Assembly (NCBI RefSeq): GCF_001194135.2
Contig: NC_068990.1
Location: 20,199,525-20,244,575, forward strand
Direction of reading: 5' to 3'
Source: Octopus bimaculoides
Taxonomy: Eukaryota
Length of the DNA: 45,051 bases
Shown here piece by piece: positions 1 to 11,445 of this stretch. The notes under the pieces are model-generated. The model saw only the letters and a program-made list of their open reading frames with translations, was not told the DNA's origin and made no database searches. Position 1 is the stretch's first letter; each line of letters starts with the position of its first letter. The position numbers and the translations under genes were made by a program.

Positions 1-743
1 TATATATATGGAGAGAGAGACTTTTTATAATGTTTAACTAACAAAAAAAAAACATCATATATTTTGATTGCTTTTTCACACATACTATGCTATAGAAAAA
101 AATTATTCACCGAATAAAGAATAAATTCCTCGATGAATACTTAAAAATAATAATAAACTAATTCGATGGAATAGCATTGTTTGAGGTGTTTCAGTGTTAT
201 CTGTTACCAGTTTTGTATCTGATAATTATTCATGTTTTCTCAACCTTGTGCATAATTATAGTCATATTGTTGTAGTTTGTTTGTGAATTGATGTTATTTC
301 AGAAACAAGCTAATTCTGACAGCCAAAATATTTTTTTGGCATTGTTTCCTACAAGTATTAATTCTATAGCTCTACATTGGTAAAATAATTTCCTTCTTCG
401 AATAACCAAATAGTTATATTAAAAGATGGGTGGCTGCAGCAAAAATTGTTACATTGAATCGTCATGGCTCATGTTGAGTGAAAAACATGAAAGAGGGCTC
501 GGGGTTTTCGTGGTCAGGATAATCCTAGATCTGCAGGGTTGCGTGCGTGATTTGCTCCAGTTGCAGTATCTAGAGGAGTGGATCATTCATATAATCACAT
601 ACTTTGGATATTACGTATAATATTATTAGATTCCACCGTCATACTTTCCACTTCTTCTACCGCATCTTTTATACAAGCCCCACACGAATTGTAGCCTATC
701 TTTGTCATGACCCCATTATTATCAACCCCCGAGGATAATAAAG

Positions 744-863
744 TTCTTCTTCTTCTTCTTCTTCTTCTTCTTCTTCTTCTTCTTCTTCTTCTTCTTCTTC
801 TTCTTCTTCTTCTTCTTCTTCTTCTTCTTCTTCTTCTTCTTCTTCTTCTTCTAATTATTATTA

Positions 864-939
<76 letters not shown>
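744..939. repeat. Compound microsatellite (TTC)n then (TTA)n
   Basis: Directly visible: (TTC)n 744-852, (TTA)n 855-939; explains the poly-Leu ORF 707-997. Confidence 0.98.
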
Positions 940-1121
940 GTCATCTGCTGGTATTGATACATCAATTAGACAGTATTTTTTTCTTCATGACCTCTGATAA
1001 CTATATCTGGCCTATCTCTGTGTATTGGCATATCCCATAATATGGTTGCTTTCTCGTTTTCTGTGACCTTATCTGGCGTGTGTCTATACCATCTTTTTTC
1101 TGTTGTTATTCCATAGTGTTG
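940..1121 (-). mobile_element. R4/Dong-like non-LTR retrotransposon fragment (REL endonuclease region)
   Basis: Minus strand reads QHYGITTEKRWYRHTPDKVTENEKATILWDMPIH..RPDIVI...LIDVSIPAD, the WD..RPD...D restriction-like endonuclease motif of R2/R4-group LINEs; small deletion and frameshift. Confidence 0.85.
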
Positions 1122-1132
1122 TTATTCTTCTT

Positions 1133-1600
1133 CTTATTATTATTATTATTGAAGGCGTCACGCAGTATCCAATGTCATGATGTTGCTGACTGAAGAGAGT
1201 TTCTACTCTCTGTCAAGTCACAACAATGACCTCAGGCAGATAGTTTTTGATGCAATATGCGTGCAGTTCCAAGTAAAGCCGATTTTTGCAATACACCTAG
1301 ATTGTGGGGTATTTCTAGAGTTTTCAGATGTTTCTTCAGATTGGGTGGTATTGAACTCAATGCTCCGACGACAACAAGGACAAACTTTGCGTCTGCGTTT
1401 GGGAGCTAGCACATATTGGCGATCTCAATTTTCAGGTTTCCATACTTATCAATCTTTACTCTTTCTTTCATGATATATTGATATCCTGGAATTTTGTGTG
1501 TTTCTTAAATGGCTTATAAACACCTTCCACGCTACAATTGTTTTCGTTTCAGCACATGATCCCAGATCAGGTCACTTGCTTTGCAAATGTACTTCTCCCT
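1133..1600 (-). mobile_element. 3' end of a second R4/Dong-like LINE with (AAT)n tail
   Basis: Minus strand reads PGYQYIMKERVKIDKYGNLKIEIANMC*...VVVGALSSIPPNLKKHLKTLEIPHNLGVLQKSALLGTARILHQKLSA*, then a short 3' UTR and (AAT)n. KY..L and LGTA.IL are typical C-terminal REL motifs. Confidence 0.85.
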
Positions 1601-1602
1601 AA

Positions 1603-1843
1603 TACACACACACACACACACACANNNNNNNNNNNNNNNNNNNNNNNNNNNNNNNNNNNNNNNNNNNNNNNNNNNNNNNNNNNNNNNNNNNNNNNNNNNN
1701 NNNNNNNNNNNNNNNNNNNNNNNNNNNNNNNNNNNNNNNNNNNNNNNNNNNNNNNNNNNNNNNNNNNNNNNNNNNNNNNNNNNNNNNNNNNNNNNNNNNN
1801 NNNNNNNNNNNNNNNNNNNNNNNNNNNNNNNNNNNNNNNNNNN

Positions 1844-1913
<70 letters not shown>

Positions 1914-1950
1914 TTATTATTATTATTTATTATTATTTTTTATTATTATT
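1603..1950. repeat. (CA)n / N gap / (TAT)n
   Basis: Directly visible; gap 1625-1843. Confidence 0.95.
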
Positions 1951-2246
1951 AATATTCATTCTAAATCTGTCTAAAGGAGACTACAGCAGCAGTACTGGGT
2001 ATTAATATTTATCTCCAACCTAACACGGCAGTCCAGATGAATAGGACGAATGCTGCCGTTAATTAGATCCAAGAGGCCATCACCTCTAGCTAGCTATGTG
2101 ACACACAAGCCTGTGGTCTTTACAACCTTCGAAAAGGAAAGGTCATCAGCTACCCCATGCTGGTTCAGACATCCACAGACTTGTTTCAGGGTATTTGCCC
2201 TTTATCAATATGGAGTAGTCGCTATTGATCGTCTGTTCGATGGTTT

Positions 2247-2325
2247 ATACATACATACATACATACATACATTAATACATACATAATGTATGTATGTATG
2301 TATGTATGTATGTATGTATGTATAC
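2247..2325. repeat. (TACA)n followed by (TGTA)n, inverted tetranucleotide microsatellite
   Basis: Repeat switches to its reverse complement at about 2286. Confidence 0.9.
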
Positions 2326-2492
2326 ACACGCACGACAGACTTCATTTCCTTTCTGTCTCACAAATGCATTGACATGGTTTTGATAGGCCCGTGGCTAATG
2401 TACAAGACACTTGCCAAGGCGTCATACATTGGCACTGAACCCGGAACTGTGTGGTTGGTAAGCAAGTTCCTTACCATACGGCTACGCCCGTC
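2325..2492 (-). mobile_element. SINE type B, 5' half (tRNA-like head plus CORE-like segment)
   Basis: Reverse complement matches the head of 26565-27063 (gccgtatggtaaggaacttgcttaccaaccacacagttccgggttcag...ttggcaagtgtctt). Confidence 0.8.
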
Positions 2493-2599
2493 CCGTTGTT
2501 ACAGTAACTCGCACGATCACCACTGCACCACATTTCCACACAGAAGCAAACATGACTCTCACACCCAAACACACACACATACACACACACACACACACG

Positions 2600-2660
2600 T
2601 ATACAGAAAGAAGGTTATTAAGATAAATATCTATGATGATGATCATTTTGAGGATGCAGG

Positions 2661-2706
<46 letters not shown>

Positions 2707-3310
2707 GTTGATGATGATGATGACAACGACGATTTCGATTAGGATGATGGAATGATGGTCAGTGTGACGATGAAAGGATGATGAGGAAGGGGAGGAAGGG
2801 GATATCGATGACGACGAAGATGATGCTCATGGGGATGATGTCATTCATAAAGTTGGTGTGGTTGTTTCGGGAATGGACGATAAATATAAAAGCGGTAGTA
2901 CCTTTTGATAAGGGTGATGATGATGATGATGATGTAGATTACTACAATGGCGTTAGGAATGATTATTATTAAGATTATGTTCAGGACGATGATGATGATA
3001 ACAACAACGATCACCATCATCATCAGCATCATCAGCATCCTAAACAGTCACATCCTTATCACAATGATTAACATCACAAGACGATGAAGATGAGGATGAT
3101 AATGATGGTGATGATGATGAACAAAACGAGGAGGAAAAGGTGGAGGAGAATGCTGGTGGTGGTCTTGGTGGCGGCGGTGCTGATGCTGCTGCTGCTGCTG
3201 ATGATGATGATGATGATTATGATGATGATGATGATGATGATGGTGATGATAACGATGATAAAGACGACCACGACGATGATGATGAAGATGATTATGATGA
3301 TGAAATGTGG
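2600..3310. repeat. Imperfect (GAT)n-rich low-complexity tract
   Basis: Degenerate GAT/GAC/GCT/GGT triplets; source of poly-Asp, poly-Met and poly-Ile ORFs. Confidence 0.9.
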
Positions 3311-3927
3311 AAGGAAAAAAAAACAGGTGATTTTAAGAAATGAAATTTAGTTTTAGAAGAACTTTGGTAATAATGCAGTTGCGTGCTTTTGAAGTGAAAA
3401 TCTATATAATCACCACAGAATATTTTAGCCGAAGGCATTACATCTTCTTGCTTTATGATTATTGTCAACATGGCACCAGTCCTTCTGATTCCGATAGAAA
3501 AATGCATTAATTGTATAAGTGGAAATCTCACCATCCCACCCACCTCCCATCCCTGTACACACAGACAACTGTTCAAAATCAGTTATCATATTGTTTCAAT
3601 TTGAGATATAACTTAGTTGAGTTGTGGAGGTAGTTTGATGTTGGTGTTGGTGTTGGTGATCATCGTAGTGGCAGTAGTAGTGGTTGTGAAGTGCTAAAAA
3701 TATATTTAGAAATTTTCAAATCGTAGAGAATTTTTTCAAGATTTTAAACTATATAATTCGGGTCTTTGGATTTTATCATTATTGTTTTATCTGCCAGTAT
3801 GGTTTTAATTGTTTTCGTTTGACTTCTCTTTTCTTATGTCATTCCGCTTTTGTTTATTATTGTTGCATTTATTATTTTAATTATCATTATTATCTTCATA
3901 TTTCAAATTATTGTTACAGTAATATAA

Positions 3928-3931
<4 letters not shown>

Positions 3932-3967
<36 letters not shown>

Positions 3968-3978
3968 TAATAATAATA

Positions 3979-4017
<39 letters not shown>

Positions 4018-4050
4018 ATTAGTATTATTGTTGTTGTTGTTGTTGTTGTT
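3932..4050. repeat. (AAT)n-(ATT)n-(GTT)n compound microsatellite
   Basis: Directly visible. Confidence 0.95.
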
Positions 4051-4061
4051 CCTGTTATTAT

Positions 4062-4280
4062 TAACGCGGCGAGCTGGTAGAATTGTTAGCGCGATGGAAG
4101 AAATGCTTAGTGGTATTTCGTCCGTCTTTATGTTCTGAGTTCAAATTCCGCCGAGGTCGACTTTGTCTTTCATTCTTTGGGTGTCGATAAAGTAGTACCA
4201 GTGAAACACTGGAGGTCGATGTAACCGACTTATCCCCTCCCCCAGAATGGTTACCCTTGTGGTCACATTGGAAAGCGATA

Positions 4281-4282
<2 letters not shown>
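4062..4282 (+). mobile_element. SINE type A monomer, tail II
   Basis: A-box-like gagctggtagaattgttagc, B-box-like gagttcaaattcc; homologous to more than 10 other copies in the window. Confidence 0.88.
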
Positions 4283-4506
<224 letters not shown>

Positions 4507-4736
4507 TAAGGTGGTGAGTTGTCAGAATAGTTAGCGCACTGGAGGAAATGATTAGTGGTATTTCGCCAGTCGTTACGTTCTGAGTTCAAATTCCGACGAT
4601 GTCGAATTTGCCTTTCATCCTTTCGGGGAATAAGTACCAGTTACGCACTAGGGTCGATGAAATCGACTTAATCCCTTTGTCGGCCCTTGTTTGTCCCCTC
4701 TATGTTTAGCCCCCTGTGGGCAATTAAGAAATAAAT
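4507..4736 (+). mobile_element. SINE type A monomer, tail I
   Basis: Same head and body; ends ttgtttgtcccctctatgtttagcccc.tgtgggcaattaagaaataaa. Confidence 0.9.
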
Positions 4737-5055
4737 AATATTTGTAACGATAGCTGAAGGAAGTAAACTAAAGCTTACTTTCCCAGTAGCAACAAATGTG
4801 TTGAAGAATGTTCAGAAGTATCCTTGTGAATGTTTTCTGGAGTAACCGTATAAAACTTCTGGGGCGGAAGCTAAGGCGTTAAACACGGATGATCGCATCA
4901 CGATTTTCTCTGACAGCGCAGAAATCAGTGTGTATGAATACGATGTATTTAAGCGGGCTGAAACTGAGCAGGGACAGTACAATTTTCACGAAATGATTTG
5001 CTCAACTGATGATTCTATTCGAAATATTGAGGTTCGGTTCGAGCTGGATAGGTAG
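4735..5055 (+). other. Unidentified coding-like frame (possible exon 4917-5051 or decayed TE ORF)
   Basis: 106 codons with one stop (4843-4845); acceptor ttttctctgacag|4917 and donor 5051|gtagtt would give a 135-nt phase 2-2 exon. No homology recognised. Confidence 0.3.
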
Positions 5056-5108
5056 TTGAAATAGGTTACATGTATGGAAATCATTTGTATAGTGAAATAT
5101 TGACTTGA

Positions 5109-5320
5109 TAAGGCGGCGAGCTGGCAGAAACGTTAGCAGGCCGGGCGAAATGCTTAGCAGTATTTCGTCTGTTTTTACGTTCAAATTCCGCCGAGGTCCA
5201 CTTTGCCTTTCATCCTTTCGGGGTCGATAAATTAAGTACCAGTTACGCACTGGGGTCGATGTAATCGATTGCCCCCTCCCCAAAAATTTCGGGCCTTGTG
5301 CTTAGACTAGAAAAAAATAT
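5109..5320 (+). mobile_element. SINE type A, tail II (unit 1 of tandem pair)
   Basis: Near-consensus head taaggcggcgagctggcagaaacgttagc; tail aaaaatttcgggccttgtgcttagactagaaaa. Confidence 0.92.
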
Positions 5321-5328
5321 TGACGTAA

Positions 5329-5556
5329 CAAGATGGCGAGCTGGCGGAAAATTTAGCATGCTTGGCGAAATTCTTAGCGGTGTTTCGTCTACCTTTACGC
5401 TCTGAGTTCAAATTCTGCCGCGGTCGACTTTGCCTTTCATCCTTTCGTGGTCGTTCAATTAAGTACCAGTTGCGTAATGGGGTCGATCTAATCGACTATC
5501 CCCCATGACTTGCCCAAAAATTTCGGGTCTTGTGCTTAGAGTAGAAAAGAAATATT
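5329..5556 (+). mobile_element. SINE type A, tail II (unit 2 of tandem pair)
   Basis: Full head retained; same body and tail. Confidence 0.9.
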
Positions 5557-7728
5557 GATGTGACGCTATTTCCTGAAAAGGATCGTGTAGGCGTGGATAA
5601 AGAATATTTCGCCTAGGTTATATGTAATATACTCTCTGTTGGGTTTTTAACCTTGTTCTAAACTGATTAGATTAGAGTATCTTGTCTTTGGTCTTAGTAG
5701 AACAGTCGTGTTTCGCATGTCTAGCAATTCATCTACCGCCAGCTCTCTCCGATAGAAACCGGTCAGTACATTATACCTGACGATGCCAGGCATGTGCCAC
5801 GACTGTGACTCATACTTGGACAATGATCAACATTCTTCATAGATGAGTGATGAAATTAATTTTACGGTTGCTTGCTTACACGTTTACGCATCCGTTCAGT
5901 CGAAGTACAAATCTGATAGACTACGTTCATACAGTGATTAAATTCTCCAAGACGTAAAACTCCATAACAAGTTACACAAAGAATTTTACAGGGATATTAT
6001 TTCCCCGCTTTATCATTTCTGCTATTTATTCCAGATAATATATTATATGTATTTGTTTATCTTCCATAATTAAGGAAATGAATTCAGAAGAGAGTTTCCG
6101 TTTCTCTATTTACATATCATAAATTATCTCTAACCGAATCTTCCTTTGCAGTTCCGTCAAGTATTCTGCCTATCTTTAAAATTTTATATTCCGTTTGATT
6201 CTTAGATTATCAGATTTATCTTCAGCAAACGACATTGATGTAGTCATATTTATTTCTTTAAGCATTTGTATTGCTTCGTTGAAATATATTATTTTATTTT
6301 TCTACTTCCTATATCTTCAATATGTTATCAATGTATTTCTTTAATTCAGTTAGTCTTTGCCGCCTTAATTTCCCGTTGTCTTCATTATTTCTTTTTCTTT
6401 ATTGTTATGCCTGGTTAAAAATTGATATTATCCGATAAGATTTAAGGGGTTCATTGCAAGAAGAATCCACAGCTGAAAACAGAATTGTTCCCACACTGTA
6501 AAAACCCGTAAATTTAAAAAACAAAAGCAATGAATATAACATATTTTGAAAATAGAACCAAAGACAGATCGAATGGAAATATGAATATTTGTTCATATTT
6601 CAAATACGCAAATTCAATTATACTAATAGAAACAAATTTAATAGTCTTTCAATAATGAAATAAAATTAAAATGAGTCAACCATATTTGATAGTGGAAACA
6701 ATATGACTCCAAAAGCTGTTCAAGAAATTTCCCACACGTTTTACTATTTCCCTGTAGGTATGAAGAGAATGCAATTACATCAATTACAGGCAATGGTCTC
6801 TGCTTTTCAGCTACTGTGTAAAAAGAGATAGATGTCAAAAATGTAAAGATAATATCGGTGAAACTAACTTTAATAATTCACCGCCAAGGCAAAATGTAGT
6901 GAGATAAGAAGGAATATTTTGATAATTTAATTTGATTATTTCTGATTAAAACCTAAAACAAAATTCCAGAATCCTTGTGAAAATCTACAGCCCACATAAT
7001 AAAGAATTTGATAATCAATTATTCATTTTGTTCCTTATAACCATTCATTAGTCAAACATCACTTGGTAATTTGCTGGGTAGAAAGAAGTAAAATAAATTA
7101 AAAGAGCAGTAATGCATGTTTACAACATCCAATAATTTCGCAAATAAATTTGTGCTATTCAGAGTGAAATCAATGTATTTTACCATTAGTTAGAGAAATT
7201 GAATTCAAAAACGTATCTTTATGTTACTGTAATGCTTGGCGAATAGAATTCTATTTTATTAACTGATTTAGCCTTACATTGAGTTAATGTCAAGTTAACT
7301 CTCATTGGCAATTTTCTGTTAGCAGAGTATAACAACGGATGGTCTTTATTCAAAGAGCTGTTGTGTGTCAGTGTTTATCTTTCAATTCATGGCATGAAGC
7401 ATATTTAGAGATGAATACACAGCAGTAAAGAAAGTCAGAATCACAAAAGTATTATTCTTAAGATTCGGCGTTGCGTAATAAGTGTAAATTATTACAACCT
7501 GCTCAGAAACCTCGGTGAATTGCTTATTGCAGATTTGATACAAAATTATCAATGACCTGTAGGGGCAGGTGCACCGTGTTTCGTTATGCAATAATAATAC
7601 ACTAGAAAGTAATTAAATGTTTTTAATAAATAAATACAGCGTTCTATGTTGTTAGCAGTGCCGTTACATCACTTTATAATGTTGTCACTACAGCTTAACT
7701 AGAGAAATTATAACCAGCACTGATTTTT

Positions 7729-7844
7729 GTACAACGTTTCGGATCCGAGACGTCAGATGTCAACGACCAATGAGATCAAAGAGGAAAATGGGTAATGGGC
7801 GCACATACCATATTTCAAGAGATTTACTCCTTCATCAGCACCCA
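7729..7844 (-). ncRNA. Two degenerate minimal hammerhead-like motifs in tandem
   Basis: 7844-7796: tgggtg CTGATGA aggag taaat ctctt GAAA tatggtatgtg cgccca. 7760-7729: acat CTGACGt ctcggatcc GAAA CG TT gtac. Confidence 0.45.
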
Positions 7845-8370
7845 TCCAATCCATTAAACATTCACGAACTCATTGCTTAAATAACCACTAAATATAGCGG
7901 TTATAATTTATATAGAAAATCTGTAGAGATAGCCTTAACAAGATAATTAATTCACAAATTTCAAAATCATTTACACGCTTAGGAAACAAATACAAAATTC
8001 AAAATTGAAGCAAGTAACTTGAGCACTTATTTTGGTAGCGCGGCCTGCTACAGATGGCAGCTATTTCTCTAATTCATGCTGCTGTACTTCACAGAACTTT
8101 GAATAATGTGCTCCTGAAGCCAGGTGATATGAAAAGTGAATATAATCGTGACTTGAACAGTTTACCTGTGACCTAGGATTAAGCAAAGTCATATATTAAA
8201 AGAAATTGATGCAAAATTGTTGAAAAGTAAAGCAATTCCGCCCTATATGCGATGCATGATACCGGAATGAAATCTTTTTAGCCTTAATTTTATAATAAAG
8301 TCTAATGTTTTATTCTTATGTTTAATTTTTACCATTGTATTTATTGCCAGCTGATTTTCTCAACTTATGT

Positions 8371-8522
<152 letters not shown>

Positions 8523-10281
8523 GAAATTACAGATGCGTAGCCGCGATAGTACTGATGGGTTAACTTTAGAAACGTAATTTGACGAACGACATTCTAGTAT
8601 TAAAGTAACAAATTCTTATCATAAATACTACTGCTTTGAACTTATTGTTTAAAGGAGGGAAAGAACGGCTTAGATAGATAACATGACACTGCGTGGTAGT
8701 ATGGCAATGCATAATCAAACCCATGGGTTTCATCATTATATGACAAAGAAGTAGTATAAAATAGTATTTGAATAAGCAAAAGGAACGAAGAAGGAGTTTT
8801 GACCTGTAGGATTTGAGATGTTGCGTATCATCTTGTTATGATGAAACACTAATTTACCTGTGACTTGTGTTTCATCGACTGTTTGTAATTTAAATGATGA
8901 GCTAAGGTCTCTTCGTCTTACAGACGATTTTCTTGCATATTTGTAAGAAAATCATCTGTATACCAAGGAAGCATGCCTCTGATTAATTTTTCTTATATCT
9001 TATTTAGACAAGTGAGTGAACCATATTTTTTTTTTACATAATTGTTCATTTAAATAACTTCGTGTCAATCATTATCACTGCCAGGGAATTTTTCTCTGAT
9101 AAAGAGCATACTTATCTACTGATACAGGCTTCTGTAATAGAGAAAAATTAGAATGAAGTACCTGCATAACATCCCTCACTTGTAGACAGCAGAATTTTGA
9201 ATCTCTGTTGAAACTCCCGGAATTGGACTGAAGGGGATGTAATCAGCAGATTAATGGCGTTAGTTTCCCAGTTAGCATTTCTCAATAACTCTAAGTCCTA
9301 ATCCAAATACACAGGTAGTCTTTAACTTAACACTGAAGTAAATCAAAACTTAATCTTATAACGCTGCATATTGATGGTTTCGTAGTCAAACTGCTCCTAT
9401 TTAGAGCCTACTTTATATGTAAATACACGAAGTAATTTAGAGGTTGCTTGTCCAAATGAAGCAATACAGTGTCACTGTATGATTGGAGCCGCAGTCAGCA
9501 TTCCTTGCCGGTGGCTTTACTATTCATTCGACCATCCACACTGTCCAACAATCAACAATCTCTTCTTCTTTCAAACATACAGCGTAGTGTAGAAAACTTC
9601 GATACATTATTATTTTCCTTTTCATTACACTTTCTCTTCAGTTAAGAAGACTACGAAATAACCAAGAAATCATTTAACAATTTTAATAACTTCTCTGTTC
9701 GGTTGGCTTGTTGAGATGATTGATATCTTTCACTTGCAATAGTCTCCTCATATTCGAGAGCTGGAAGCTGTTTTCTTTATATTATTTCTTCTTTGTTCTT
9801 CACCTTATGAAAACGAAGTCGTACATCTATTTTTACACACATAAAAACAGAGAAACAAATAAAACTCCGGAGGGAATTAACTGCCATTATTGCCAACAAT
9901 ATAACACTTGCGAATAACAAACACTCAGACATATTGTAAGACATAATAGTGCGAATAATTGAAGTTAAAAATATAAATTCCTTTGAGTGCTACTTGGTTG
10001 TAGGGATCTGAAATAAATACAAAGCATCTTCAATACAGAAATAGTATGTGCTCATGTGTCCTAACAATTTAAAATGTCTTTATTACATTATTTACTATGT
10101 AAGATCACTGTCACTGGTATTTACAAAACTTATCCTGGACAAATTGTGTGCGTACAATCGTTTTCACACAATATTGTAATAAGAAACACTGAGCGGAGAA
10201 AATATATCAGCCAAAGCGAATTTCGTTATATAGAGACGAATACATGTAACGATTATATGATCAACAATGCAATCATAGAAA

Positions 10282-10354
<73 letters not shown>

Positions 10355-10439
10355 TCGTCGCTAAATGTGACTAGGATGAGAGAAACACATAGATTGCTAG
10401 AAGTAAGAGCTAAAATGCTCTAATGCGATAGTCAAAGTA

Positions 10440-11445
10440 CATAATTGTCCTCGATGTACCGTTCTTTGTTTATCTTGATCCTTTGAGGGACAAAAACAAG
10501 TGGAGTTTTCCCTCTTTCAGAAATGGCTGCCCAGACCATCACTGATGCTGATTTTTTTGGTTCTGAAAACCTTTCCTGCATTACCAGGTATTGCCTCAAT
10601 ACTTTTAGCAAGGATTCGGTCATTTTGATGATTGTGAGACTGTTGAACTGAGAATAACTTTTTATCACTAAAGATGATGTTACGGAGCGTGCCATCTTTA
10701 ATACGGTTCAACAAGAGTCTGCTTCTGCTAAGTCTCTTTTCAATTGTGGGCGTGGAGAGAAGTTGTCTCTTTTGGAGTTTATAGGGTGACAACTTTAAGT
10801 CACTTTTGCATATCCTCCGCATAGTCTTTGGCGATGTTTGTGCTTCTTTTGCCATTCTCCTCATGGGTCTTCTTGGATTTCGTCTGATNNNNNNNNNNNN
10901 NNNNNNNNNNNNNNNNNNNNNNNNNNNNNNNNNNNNNNNNNNNNNNNNNNNNNNNNNNNNNNNNNNNNNNNNNNNNNNNNNNNNNNNNNNNNNNNNNNNN
11001 NNNNNNNNNNNNNNNNNNNNNNNNNNNNNNNNNNNNNNNNNNNNNNNNNNNNNNNNNNNNNNNNNNNNNNNNNNNNNNNNNNNNNNNNNNNNNNNNNNNN
11101 NNNNNNNNNNNNNNNNNNNNNNNNNNNNNNNNNNNNNNNNNNNNNNNNNNNNNNNNNNNNNNNNNNNNNNNNNNNNNNNNNNNNNNNNNNNNNNNNNNNN
11201 NNNNNNNNNNNNNNNNNNNNNNNNNNNNNNNNNNNNNNNNNNNNNNNNNNNNNNNNNNNNNNNNNNNNNNNNNNNNNNNNNNNNNNNNNNNNNNNNNNNN
11301 NNNNNNNNNNNNNNNNNNNNNNNNNNNNNNNNNNNNNNNNNNNNNNNNNNNNNNNNNNNNNNNNNNNNNNNNNNNNNNNNNNNNNNNNNNNAAACATGCA
11401 GCATAAAGCACATTCCCTTCATCAGTTGACCCCAGTTTTATCTAC
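10440..11445 (-). mobile_element. Tc1/mariner-superfamily transposase fragment, maT (DD37D)-like; frameshifted, 3' truncated, partly in a gap
   Basis: IRRNPRRPMRRMAKE (HTH), NIIFSDKKLFSVQQSHNHQNDRI, then after a frameshift in the T-run 10552-10558 SASVMVWAAISERGKTPLVFV..IKINKERY. The second and third catalytic Asp are absent, so the D37D spacing cannot be counted. Confidence 0.85.

Noticed and set aside
5001-5031. ctcaa CTGATGA ttctattc GAAA ta ttgag hammerhead-like string
   Set aside because: No stem II can form; it lies in the candidate coding frame; likely chance.
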